A model generated the notes under the pieces. The model saw nothing but the letters and a program-made list of their open reading frames with translations, had not been told where the DNA came from and did not search any database. The translations under genes were made by a program, and so were the position numbers. Of a DNA stretch of 64,000 nt, positions 1-12,449 are shown piece by piece (the first letter of the stretch is position 1; every line of letters starts with the position of its first letter). This DNA comes from Tubulanus polymorphus (Eukaryota > Animalia > Nemertea): positions 18,451,101 through 18,515,100 of the forward strand of contig NC_134025.1 in the NCBI RefSeq assembly GCF_964204645.1. Direction: 5' to 3'.

Positions 1-264
1 GACGTTTTATTAATCTAAAAAATAATAGCGGTAATTCTAGCTATCTAAAAGATATACTAAATACACTTAAATATATCTAAAGGTTTCATATTTAATAGCC
101 CTAATAACTACAAAAAACAGTACTTACATTTAGATTTAGAATTGTAAACTATAAACTCCTAATTGCGTTTCGAGAGAGAATATCCTAAGCGTTATGTTAC
201 ATCGTCTATTCAGTTCCGGTGCGATTTCGAAATGAACACGTCTTCGATTATGACACGTCATCTA

Positions 265-376
265 GTTCCGGTACACCTTCTAGAATGTTCTACGCGTTTG
301 CAGTATTATGATATGTCATCTCTATTCAGAGTTCCGGTACACCTTCTAGAATGTTCTACGCGTTTGCAGTATTATG
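265..376. repeat. Two direct copies of a 46-bp unit containing TTCTAGAATGTTC (heat-shock-element-like)
   Basis: gttccggtacaccttctagaatgttctacgcgtttgcagtattatg at 265-310 and 331-376. Confidence 0.85.
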
Positions 377-691
377 TCTCATATGTCTCGGCGTCATATT
401 AACAGCTGTGAATTTATAGATTTATTCAATAGTTCATTACATGAAATGTATATAGGCTCAAATAGAATCATGTTCTAGTATAAACAGCTATGATTTATAT
501 ATGTATTATTTCAATCGCACTTTACTAACACTTTTTATGTTTAAAAATCTAACTCATACAAATATAAATATTTAAATAATGTTTAAAATATATCTATCTA
601 TCTATTCTATAAGAGCTCGTTAATTACTCGTTACTTTTATATTGAATAATCTATCAATTTATATGTTATTCATATATATAAATATTTTAAG

Positions 692-1071
692 GGTAATAGG
701 GGTTTAGTTGGTTCAGGTTAAAGGTTGAATGGTCGAGTTCATTAAAAACAAATATTAAAAGTAATTTAAAACTATAATATATTTTCATAGCCGTGTGTGT
801 TTTAGTTAAATAATAGAATAATTATTATTATTTGAATATATTTGATTATATGAATTTGTGTATTGTAAATAAATCAATTGGTCGCGTATTGTATTAATAC
901 AATATGCTTTTAAAATTTAAATTATTAATATCTTAGAATAAATATTTAGTTATAATATAAAATACACACGGCTATGAAAATATATTATAGTTTTAAATTA
1001 CTTTTAATATTTGTTTTCTAATGAGCTCGACCGTTCGACCTTTGACCTGAACCAACTAAACCCCTATTACT
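692..1071. repeat. Terminal fold-back palindrome of element D (~112-bp arms, ~150-bp AT-rich spacer)
   Basis: 692-~803 is the near-perfect reverse complement of ~958-1071. Confidence 0.92.
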
Positions 1072-2265
1072 GGTGTTTACAATATAAATAGTATTCAATT
1101 AGTTGCTACGTTATCATTATTATCAGTAATACCTAAATCATCTAATGTTTTTTTCAATATCAATATTATAGCCTATTAGATTTCTTAGACATTTATTTCA
1201 GAAAAGAAATATCATAATATTTTGATACTAGCTAGTTAAGTAAAAGAATTCTTGTTGTTAACTAAGAAATATTAGATCTTAATATCTATTTGAATTTATT
1301 GTTTTGTTATTCGAATCTAATTGTAATATAAAGTCTTCTAGTTAATAATTAGAAATATTAGAATTCTAATATATTTGCAATAATTATAATAGGTTAAGTT
1401 ATTGTTTTTTATTATGAAGTTTTTACGTTGAATTCTATTACAGTCGTTTCTAATTATTACATTGAATGATGGCAGCACTGAGATACGAAGCACTATGCTA
1501 ATGAGTTGAATTTGATAATCAATTAACATAGATAATCGATTATTAATTTGATTAAAAATTAAATCATGATTAAGTAAAAAATATATAATTCATTCATTGG
1601 TTTTCATTCTTTTATTCTTTTCACTCGGAATAATTGATAATTTCAAGTAACGTTTTTCTTTAGTAAATACCGTTATATTGACTTCGGTGTTTTAGCTAAG
1701 TATATAAGGCAATTCATTTCACTACTAGAGTGGCCGCCGGGCCTGGCTTGCAGGAGCATTTTGTAAATGCATCTTTGTCCACTCTCCGTGGTTCTGCTTC
1801 AGTTTCGAATTTCGATCCCCCTTTCGATGATATGGGGTTGATAGGAAACGCATTAGGCGCCTTAGATAAAATGTGTTTCCTGTCAATCATTGAAGGAGAA
1901 TTGGTGAGGCGTGGGTGGCAGGGGTGTAAGTATAAATGCTTGGGGATAAGTATTGCGTGGCGCCTCTCAATAACGGGATGCTCCTAAAAACTCTGCGAGT
2001 CAGGTCGGGTGGTTTTACTAAAACTTACCTCACAAACTGAAATTCTTCTTATTCACGAGAGAGAAATCCTGTGCGTATGCATTGCGTGCTTGTATCTTAC
2101 TGCTTCAATGAACGTTGAATGGTAACATCAGTTTGATCGATCAATTTTCAAATTAATTAATTCTATGTGTGCAATTGTGTGACAGATGTTTAATATTCAA
2201 ACCAGAGCTATGTAGTTATATGAATAACTATATACATGCATGACTCGAGTAGAGTTGCTCTTATT

Positions 2266-3290
2266 CTAACTGCTTATTAAAGACTCAGTATACGGTTCTT
2301 TATTTGGGTCACTATTCCATTTCTCAATAAACTTCTTTGCTTTTGCTAACTGTTCCAAATATAACTGTAAATCTAGTTTGTCATGTTTAATCATATTTTC
2401 TTTCTTTTCAAGAGGCCTTAGATTCTTCCAAATCCATATCAACTTCTTATTGTATTCATCATTCATGTTAAATTTAGATATCGGCAATACGTGATCTATA
2501 TGGAAATAATCTCCGTAATTATTTGTGTTCATTTCATCATCGAACTGATATACAATCCATGATTTTAAGAATTTTTCCGAACAGTCTAACAAATTAGATA
2601 GTGTAACTGAATGCGTTTCTTTACTGAATAAATTTGATAATCTAGAACTTAAACATTGTTCCAATTAAAAATTAAGATCTGTTTTATACCTTTCTTTTTG
2701 ATAACTATTCTTATAACCATTCTCGATTATCTGTTCGCCATTGTCTCAAGTATTCTGGGTTATAATCTGGGTGTTTTTCTCTCCATTCCTTTTGATAATC
2801 TGGATTATTTGCTCAATATTGTTCATTCATTTCTTTAACACAAGTTCTACAATAACTTTGCTTACCATCTTTCAGAGTTTTATGATTATAATATTCAAAG
2901 AGTTGTTTATTCAATTCACATTTTGAACATTTCTTATGATAAATATTTATAACACGATTTGTTATAACTTAAACATTGTTTCATTTTAGAATAAAAATCT
3001 GTTTTATATTTTTCTTTATGATAATTATTTTGTTACGCTTCAACATGTTCTATGGACCATCCTTTACCCATTGTTTATTCATTTCTTAACATTTTTCTCT
3101 ATTATTTGTTCGATATTTTTTTTGTTTCTTTGCATTTTTCAGTATTATCTATATAATATTGTTTATCATTTGCTTTTTTGCAACTTTTACAATTATATTG
3201 AAAACCATCTTTAAAATATTTACGTTTATAATAGTCTGTAAATGGCTTTTGAACATTTCTTATGATAGATATTTAAAACACTATTTAATT
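2266..3290 (-). pseudogene. HNH endonuclease (giant-virus-like) with duplicated Cys-rich/basic N-terminal module
   Basis: FHIDHVLPISKF...WKNLRPLEKKENMIK. Two upstream KCxxC...KDG...CKxC modules, broken by frameshifts. Confidence 0.8.
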
Positions 3291-3364
3291 GTAATATCAA
3301 TAGTTTGTGATATAATCTATAATATAATCTCATTCTCTTTCTCTTCATCACTTTTAAATTTTAA

Positions 3365-4345
3365 GTGTTCATCTAAATTGCAACCATATGCAACTGTGTG
3401 TATACCATCGTCTAATATATATCTTTTATCATCGAAAGAGTTTAGACTAACCTTTTCTATCTCTTCAATAAACATTTCGTGGTACTCAGATCTTAAAATA
3501 TTTCATCCTATGTTTTCTAACTTCTTCATTAAATATACAATTGATGTAATCTTTAATGTTTTTTTCAACAACGCTTTTTGTAATACCTTTCAATTTTTTA
3601 GATTCATGAGTTTTGGTTTTATAACTATACATTTTAGATCGAATTCCAATGAACTGTATCATTTCTTCACCACCTTATTCATCTTTAAACTTCCCAGGAA
3701 CTTTTTTACTATCATTGTTAAACATTTCATGATTTTAAGGATAATTACTAAAGTCGAAATGATGTCTTAATGTTTTTAAATCATCTGTTATATTATTAGT
3801 TTTTATCTTAAATATGTAAGAATCTGTATCAAAACATAAGATTTCTATATGCTTTTCTCCAAAATGAGGTTGTAATACGTTATAGTAAAATTCATACATT
3901 AATAATTTTGATATTTCTAAAACTGATGCTCCAACATTAATTGGTTTATTGAACTTCATTGATGTTCTCCTCATTTTATCTGCACCTAAATTTTCATCGA
4001 ATATTCTGTTACCAATAAATTTAGGATATGTTTGTAAATATCTAATTCTTTTACCATTACTAACTAACTCAATATCATTTCTATTTCTAATATTTTCACA
4101 AGTCTTACCGTAGAATGCATTATTCATTAGTTTGAAAAAATCTTTCTCAAAATCAGGTTTAGCTTTAGTTCTCTGTTTGGTGTTAAAATCTATATATTTT
4201 TCTAACCATTTAGATTGACTAAATGAAATATATCTATGTACTTATCTTTAGAATCATTCCTTGATTCAAATAGAATTTTAAAATTCTAGAACGTACTACA
4301 TAATTATATTTATCTTCCTTAGTTACCATTAGCTTTTCTGTACTA
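3365..4345 (-). pseudogene. Protein-primed family B DNA polymerase, C-terminal fragment
   Basis: MNNAFYGKTCEN (motif B) and FDTDS (motif C). Closely similar to 9650-10630. Confidence 0.93.
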
Positions 4346-4349
4346 ATGA

Positions 4350-6541
4350 TTATGAGAATATTCTCAGAAATATCAATAACGAAGATCCACTTGAGTTAAT
4401 ACAATGGTGTGTGGTGACTGGCGAAAAAAAAAATCTACCGAGTATCGACCTAGGTAAAATATTTGCTTTCATCATTAGAAATAGAAAATTTGGCGTCGAC
4501 TACGTGGGCAGGTATAAGCTCTGCAAGGCATACTCATATTTTAGTGTGTTACTAAATTTATGAGTGGATTTGTGGGGAAAATGAAATATTGCCAGTGTTC
4601 CAACGCAACTGATATTTCTGCCGATGTTACGCCTTCCCAGATAGTTCGAGGCGAAGCTAGATGTCCGTGGATAGCGTTCAGTAAATCCGGAGATATATTG
4701 GCTGCATGGTGCACTTGCCCTGCAGGCTTTTTGCAAACGTGCAAGTATGTTGCTGCGTGTCTTTATAAAGTAAATGAAAGTATCGAAGCCATGAATGAAT
4801 CGCCCGCCTGTATTGATATTCCGTGCACCTGGAACCAACCGGCATCAGACATTACGCCTTTTAAGATCAGGGAATTGAAAATTCGATGCGTCAGGGAATT
4901 GAAAATTCGATGCGACAATTAGAGTAACGGTGATCAGATTAATGCGTGCAAAACATTTGACCCACGCCCAAGAGGTTCGTTTTATCCATTGATTTATATA
5001 TTGCAGTATTTTTTTATAAGAGTTTAGATCGGTTATTTTTCAAACTCATGATATGGTTTTTTCCAGATTGCAGATATCGCTGGAAGAATGGAGAGGATGC
5101 ATGAAGTATGCCCGCATTCTTAACCGGCATAGTTGACCAAACTGATGATTTCGCCAGACGGTCAATGCTACCGATGAATCTGCCACAATCAGTCAAGAGA
5201 ATGTTATCATCAGGTATCCGTATGGCTGTCTCGGATATTCTCCATTCACTCATACTTCAAGGCGAACAAAGACGCGTTATAGAAGAAGCAACCAGGAATC
5301 AACGCAACAACAGACTTTGGAAAGAGCAACGACTCGGCAGGATCACAGCCTCCATTTCTCATATAGTCTACGCCAAATGCGAGTCCCTAAAAAAATAAAG
5401 GGGCCCATAAAAACGTCGCAACTTGTGGCCGACATCATTTACGGAACGGCTATTAATGCATTGGATTACTTACCAGCCATACGTCATGGAATCCGTCATG
5501 AAAATGATGCGCGACAAGCTATGACTGTGTGATTCAGCGTTCATCACAAAGAATTGTAACTGAAGAGGACATGTTTTATGGTAAGATAATTAGCACAATG
5601 TAACTTATTTCCAATTAAATCTCACTAGATTTATCCGGTGAACGATTAAATACGAACGCAGCTCTATTTCCATGAAAAAATCCATATCTTATCAGGTACA
5701 TTCGGATTTACCATTCATCGGGGCTACGCCCGATAATAAGATATTCTGCACCTGCTGCGAACCAAGTTTGGTGGAAATCAAATGTCCTCTTGTCGTACAC
5801 AATACGGACATTAATCAAACATACGAACGATTGCCATATCTTCAATAAAAAGATGGTGAGATAAGTCTGAAGAGAACGCATAATCATTAAGCCCAACGCA
5901 CACGGCACCGAAAAAACGTTTTTTCGGTGCCGTGTGCGTTGGAGGCAACACACAAAACAACGAACTGAAAAACGTTTTTCGCGAGCAAAAAACGTTTTTC
6001 ACGTGCGGAAAATGTTTTCCCGAAACAAGCACTACAAAACGTTTTTTTGTAGTTGAAAACGTTTTTCGTCCCGTGTGTTGCCACACACGTCGATTGACGC
6101 TTCTATGCCGTCGATTTCGCAAAATTAACAATATTGCTAATAAAATTTTTCGCTATCGCATGGACGCCGCCATTTTGAGATTGATGTGAGTAACTGAGTT
6201 TATTGTTGTCTCCATGGATTCCATGGTCCAAGAAATGTTTTCTGCACGTTTTCGTTATGCCGTGTGCGTTGAGCTTTACACTCAATGTCAGCTCGCGTGT
6301 TACAAAATGAAATCTGCATATTTTGTAATTTGGACTGGTTACGCCTAAGACCCATTACTTATCGTAAAAGGTAGGCTATAATATGTTTACGTAATTTTGG
6401 GTGTGATTTGGGATTCTGGCAGAAAATGTGTGAAACTTTATATTTCGTTTGTTAGATTGAATTTGATCGCAGTTTCTGGTGCAAAATGTCATGGAACTTA
6501 GAATACTTCTACGTGAATTTTGTTCGGCCTGCAATGACACT
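4350..6541 (+). pseudogene. SWIM zinc finger + YqaJ-like exonuclease of ISL2EU, 5' part
   Basis: KAYSYF.SGFV; AWCTCPAG..QTCKYVAACL (SWIM); TRNQRNNRLWKEQRLGRITAS; AIRHGIRHE; HNHYTQCQ after MITE removal; IEFDRSFW. Frameshifted. Confidence 0.85.
5890..6275. mobile_element. PIF/Harbinger-type MITE
   Basis: TIRs AGCCCAACGCACACGGCA / TGCCGTGTGCGTTGAGCT, flanked by TTA (5887-5889 and 6276-6278). Internal AAAACGTTTT palindromic repeats. Confidence 0.88.
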
Positions 6542-6950
6542 AGTAAATAGGAATAAGTTGTTTCATACCAAAGGTCGAACGGTCGAAAAATAAATTCTCG
6601 CACACTCGAATTTTTTTTTCGACCATTCAACCTTTGATACGAATCAACTTATTCCTATTTACTCTTAACATATTCATATATATAAATGAATAACTTCTGA
6701 AATCAATTTTTATAAAAAATTTGATATTAAAATGGAAGCAAATAAGAAGTACTACTGTCCAACATGTAAAATCAATATAGATAAATCCCAAAAAGCAAGG
6801 CATAATAAAACTAAAACACATTTAGAAAATAAATTAACGTTAAAATATAAAGATGATATATTAGAAACTAAATTAGATAAATTAAAGAATGAAAAAGAAA
6901 TATATAAATGTGATACGTGTAATCAATAAACAGTGACAAAAGATATTATA
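6542..6950 (+). repeat. Left TIR of Polinton A, including a 122-bp terminal hairpin (6542-6663)
   Basis: Inverted copy at ~37725-38133. AGTAAATAGGAATAAGTTG...CAACTTATTCCTATTTACT is self-complementary. Confidence 0.93.
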
Positions 6951-9900
6951 AAGAACATTTAAAATCTAAAAGTCATATTACAAATATCAATAATGATATT
7001 TTAGATAAAGATTATTTTGATAAAGATAATGATAAGAAACAGAAGACAATTAAAAGAATAAAAAATAAATTAAACAATAAAAGACCATACATGGAAGATG
7101 TTAGAAATTATATTAATTCATTAGATAATAAAAAAGAAATAGAGATAACCGAAGCATTTAAAAGTGATATTGGTCCAGCAGCAATCGAGTTTAAATTTCA
7201 TAAAGGTAAAACATTAGAAGAAAATAAAAAACATTTAGAAAATAAGAAAAATATTATAAAAATAATTACAGACGTAGAATACCCTAAAATTAGTACATCT
7301 TCTAAAGTTAAATTCATAAAATCTGAAGATAAACCAATATATAATATAAATTCTCATTCACAACATATTATTTCAAAACAGCATATAGATGAAAAATTAG
7401 ATAAATGTTATAATGAAATAAAAAGTAAAATAGAAGAGAAATATTTTGAAGGATCAGGTTCAATATTTGATGAAATAATATTTATGACTTAACATGTTTA
7501 TAACACAAAATATAATAAGTTAACTAAATCAAAACCAATAGATGAAAATAATTTATCATATTATAAAGATGATAATATAAATGGATCAAGTTATATCAAA
7601 TTACCATTTAAAACTAATGCTGTTATAAATGTACAAAATTCTGATGATAAATGTTTTCTATGGACAATTATAAGTTGTCCTGTTAGAATTAAAAATATCC
7701 CAAAAATAGAAAGAGATGATAATTTAAAGATAAATGTATTTGATTTAATCAAATTACCAAAAACAAAAGGAAACAGTATAAAACATTATACATTAGAACC
7801 TCTATACCTATCAAAAGATTATGATTCAAATGATGTTATAGATATATTATATTATGAGAATCATTATATGTGGATTAAAAGAATTGATTTATTTTTCAAA
7901 TCACAAAATGATTTTGATAATGAAATATATCTATGTAGAAAATGTTTACATAAATTTAGAACTGGAAGTGCATTATTAAATCATAAACAATCATGTGATA
8001 ATCATGATTATTGTAAAATAGTTTTACCAAATGAAAAGGATAAGATATTAGAATTCAAAAAATATGATTACAAGAATAAAGTACCATTTGTAATATATGG
8101 TGATTTTGAATCACTAAATAAGGAATAAACTGATCAAGATAGAAAAGAAATATATTATAAAAGAAAGAAATTAAATTCTAATGAAAATGATGTTATTGAT
8201 TATTCAGATCCTCTAATAACAAATACTATTAAAAAGATTCATCAAAGTGCTGCAGCTTTCGGGTAATATATTAAATCTGATTATCCAGAACTAATTAAAA
8301 GTGAATATAATAATTATAGAAATGAAAATGTTATCAAACATTTTTTTGACTTATGAATTGAGTATGAAGTAAAATTTAATGAAAAGTTAAATAAAAATAA
8401 AGAAATTATAATGACAGAAGAAGATAAAGAAGAATTTGAGTTTGCTGATAAATGTCATTATTGTGAAAAGACATTTAATCTAAAAGATAAAAAAGTTAGA
8501 GATCATGATCATTTGAATGGAAAGTTTAGAGGCGCAGCGCATGAGAATTGTAACTTACAAGCTAAGGAAATCAATTTTGTTCCAGTTATATTTCATAATT
8601 TATCAGGGTATGATGCTCATTTATTTATAAAAAAGTTATGTCATAAAATAGGACAAATCAATGATGAAATAGAAAGATTACATTCAAATAGATCAAAAGA
8701 TAAAATACCAACTTATAAATTTAAAATGTTAGCTAAAACATCTGAGAATTATATGTCTTTCCAATTTGGGTGTCTAAGATTTATAGATTCATATAGATTT
8801 TTAAGCAGTTCATTAGATAATTTATCAACATCATTAGTTGATATTGAATTAAAAATATCAAAATAATATTGCCCAAATAATGATGATTTTTCAATTAATG
8901 AGATATAAAGGCGCAATTCCATATTCATTTTATAAATCACATAATGATTTTAATAAAACTGAATTATCAAAAGAACAATTCTATGATGAATTAAAAAATG
9001 AATATGTTAAAGACGAAGTTTATAATAGAACATTGAATATTTGGAATCATTTCAAAATAAAAAATCATGGACAATTAGTAGATTTATATTTAAAATCAGA
9101 TGTATTATTATTAACTGATAAATTTGAAAGGTTTAGAGATGTAAATCTAAAATATTTTAATATTGATCCTTGCCATTGTTATTCTAGGCTAGGGTTAACT
9201 TGGGATTGTGGATTAAAATTTACAGATATAAAAATGGATTTGTTAACAAATATAGATCAATTATTATTATTTGAAAAATCTATAAGAGGAGGAGTTTCAG
9301 GTGTATTAGGTGACAGATATTTCGATGTAAATGATAACCCTGGATATAAGTTATTATATATAGATGCAAATAATCTATATGGTTGGGCAATGATGGAACC
9401 TCAACCTTATGGAGTATTTGAAATAACTGAAGTTTTACAGTATGAAAATAATGATAAATTTGATTGGAAGAAAAGAATTCCAGATATTGCAGATGATTCA
9501 GATACTGGTTACATCTTTGTTGTAGATTTAGAATATCCTGAAGATAAAAAATTTAAATCCAGAAATCTAGCATACTGTCCCGAACATAAAACTGTAACAC
9601 ATAAAGAATTATCAAATTATCAAAAAAGAATTAAACCTGAAAATCATATTCATACAGAAAAGCTAATGGTAATTCAGGAAGATAAATATGATTATGTAGT
9701 GCATCATAGAATGTTAAAATTCTATTTGAATCAAGGAATGGTTCTAAAAAAGTACATAGATGTATTTTATTTAGTCAATCTAAATGGTTAGAAAAATATA
9801 TAGATTTTAACACCAAACAGAGAACTAAAGCTAAAACTGATTTTGAGAAAGATTTCTTCAAGTTAATGAATAATGCATTCTATGGTAAGACTTGTGAAAA

Positions 9901-10639
9901 TATTAGAAATAGAAATGATATTGAGTTAGTTAGCAATGGTAGAAGGATAAGACATTTACAAACATATCCTAAATTTATTGGTAACAGAATATTTGATGAA
10001 AATTTAGCTGCAGTTAAAATGAGGAGAACAAGTATGAAATTTAGTAAACCAATTTATGTCGGAGCAACAGTTTTAGAAATATCAAAATTATTAATGTATG
10101 AATTTTACTATAACGTATTACCACCTCATTTTGGAGAAAAGCATAGATATCTTATATCTTGATACTGACAGTTACATATTAAAGATAAAAACTAATAATA
10201 TAACATATGATTTAAAAACATTAAAACATCATTTCGACTTTAGTAATTATCCTAAAAATCATGAATTGTTTAACAATGATAATAAAAAGGTTCCTGGGAA
10301 GTTTAAGGATGAATTAGGAGGTGAAGAAATGGTTGAATTTATAGGTTTTAGATCTAAAATGTATTCATATAAAACTAAAACTCATGAATCAAAGGAATTG
10401 AAAGGAATTACCATAAGCGTAGTAGAAAAAAACATTCATTTTAAAGATTACATCAATTGTATAGTCAATGAAGAAGTTAGAAAACATAAGATGAAATGTC
10501 TAAGATCTGAAGATCACGAGATGTTCATTGAAGAGATAGAGAAGCTAAGTTTGAATCCTAAATGATAGAAGATGATAAAAGATATATTCTCGATGATGGT
10601 ATACACACAGTTGCTTATGGTTGCAATTTAGAAGAATAA
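6732..10639 (+). pseudogene. Protein-primed family B DNA polymerase (pPolB) with N-terminal C2H2 fingers and an endonuclease-VII-like insert
   Basis: VIYGDFES (ExoI), DHDHLNGKFRGAAHENCN, FHNLSGYDAH (ExoII), YLKSDVLLL (ExoIII), YIDANNLYG, KLMNNAFYGKT, YLDTDS. Several stops and frameshifts. Confidence 0.95.
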
Positions 10640-10740
10640 TTAAAATTTAAAGGGGAGAGTCAAAAGAGAATGAGATTATGAAAAGGATTATTACATGTTA
10701 ATCGGCTTTAATTCAATTTTAATAAAAATTTGTTATTAAA

Positions 10741-11094
10741 ATGGAGAGTAAACAAGCACACAGTGAGAACAACAAATCATTTCTAGATAGAATTAAAGAT
10801 ACTACAAATGTAAAATCTGTAGATTATAAATTTAAGAAGTTAAATGAACTAATAATTCATAAGAAATATTTGATTACAAATATTGATACAGCTACTAATA
10901 AATATGTAGATAAATTAGTTATTCACTTAGAATATGAAGGGTTAAAAGGAAATAAATATAAATTCAGAACATATTTACCAGATAGATTTCATAGATTATC
11001 TAGTGAAGATTTAGAAGAATTATGTTCAGGTGATTTCTATTTCATATATAAAGGTAAGAATGAAAAAGGGCACCATGAAATAGATATTGAATAA
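10741..11094 (+). CDS. Small Polinton protein (117 aa), function unknown
   Basis: Intact ORF behind the element's recurrent upstream motif; FKKLNEL...YLPDRF pattern. Confidence 0.7.
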   Translation: MESKQAHSENNKSFLDRIKDTTNVKSVDYKFKKLNELIIHKKYLITNIDTATNKYVDKLVIHLEYEGLKGNKYKFRTYLPDRFHRLSSEDLEELCSGDFYFIYKGKNEKGHHEIDIE

Positions 11095-11108
11095 AATATG
11101 TAAAATAA

Positions 11109-11870
11109 ATGGTAGAATTAAAAGAATATAGAATATATGTTGATTCTAAAAAAGTATTAAATTCTAAATCTCATAACTTACTAGTACAATTAGATAGAGA
11201 ATTTGAGAATTGTGTAGATTTAAAATTAGTAAATGTAAGTTTATGTAATTCTTTTTATAATATATCGGATAAAACTTTCGAACATAGAGGTTTTGCAATT
11301 TATATGAGAAATAAAAATAAATGGTTTCATCTAATTTTAAAACCAGGATTATATAATTTAGAATCATTAGCGCAGGAAATTAATAGAAGAGCTCGGTTGA
11401 AAATCGGGAGTACTGATGAATTTGGAATTAAATTTATCAAAATTGATAGCACAAATAAAATTAAAATAAAGGTATATGATGAAAGTCAAAATAAACGTAT
11501 GGTAAACAAACCAATAGCTAAAATGTTAGGAATTAAACCGCACATTGTTACTCGAAACGTAGAAGGTAGCTCAAATATAATACCTTTTACACACTTTTAT
11601 ATTTATTATTTAATTAAATTCAATTGACCCTGTAAAAACATTCGAAGCAACTAAAGATACAATTGGTAATTCTAGTATATTAAATATTTTACCATTAAAA
11701 CTGTTAAAAATTTTGGAACGCAAATAAATTATAATTTAGCTGAGTGTGATTTCAAACCATATATTCCTAAATTTAATAATTTTAGATTAGAAATAAGAAA
11801 TCACAATGTTTATTTAATTGATTTGAATAACTTTCCTGTTATTTATGAATTAGTTTTAAGATGTAAAGAG
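11109..11870 (+). pseudogene. Minor capsid protein (penton)
   Basis: IYVDSK...LKLVNVSLCNSFYNIS...LKPGLYN at the N-terminus; after frameshifts, the C-terminal FRLEIRNHN..LIDLNNFPVIYEL pattern. Confidence 0.75.
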
Positions 11871-12187
11871 TTATTTTCTCACTTCATACATGAATATAAC
11901 TGTTGGGCAGAGCATATGTTTTGGATTTGATTTAAAACGTGAGAAAGAAATGTAATGTAATTTATTGAAAGAAATTTATTGTAAGAAATGTAATTTATTA
12001 ATGATGTAATAACACATATTAAAAATATTACATTTTCTAATGAAACAACATTTGATTGTGAAACAACAATAGATAAAGAAACTTTTAATGTAGAAACGAT
12101 TACCGAGTCTTTAAGATTTTATGAATTAGATGAAGATTTTATTATAAATGATATTAAAAAAATAATAACTGAAATATAGCTGCAAAG

Positions 12188-12445
12188 TCTTAGAATCCTG
12201 TTCAACGTTGGATTTCGACAAACCATTTGATAAGGCACAACATCAGCCATTACTAAACAGGCTATTAGGAAACAGTATCAATGATAGGTCGCTCAAATGG
12301 CTCAGCAGTTATCTCTGAACGGAAACTTGTAACCGAAATCAACAGAACGCCTCATCTTGGAATAAGACGGTCTAAGTAGTGGAGTCACGCAAGGTAGTAT
12401 CCTAAGTCGTCTTCTGTTTAATGTCCTGACAAATGACATACACAG
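12188..12445 (+). pseudogene. LINE (CR1/L2-like) reverse transcriptase fragment
   Basis: LDFDKPFD...SGVTQGSILS.LLF. Confidence 0.7.
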
Positions 12446-12449
12446 TAAT

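Larger units (their letters stand above)
1..1071. mobile_element. Right-hand terminus of a Polinton-like element (element D) extending left out of the window
   Basis: Ends ...CCCCTATTACT at 1071 (AGT terminus on the minus strand). 500-690 is the reverse complement of the subterminal region of element B (23245-23440). The flank at 1072 onward is the interrupted ORF X of another Polinton. Confidence 0.75.
1072..4345 (-). mobile_element. Internal fragment of another Polinton (element C): pPolB 3' end, HNH nuclease and start of ORF X
   Basis: Homologous to genes of elements A and B in this window. Truncated at ~4345 against ISL2EU sequence and at 1072 by element D. Confidence 0.85.

Noticed and set aside
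1727-2265. GC-richer insert in element C, possibly a solo LTR or SINE
   Set aside because: No convincing TG..CA ends, TSD or Pol III boxes; left unassigned.
3159-3770. 203-aa hydrophobic ORF on +
   Set aside because: Antisense shadow of the pPolB/HNH fragments.
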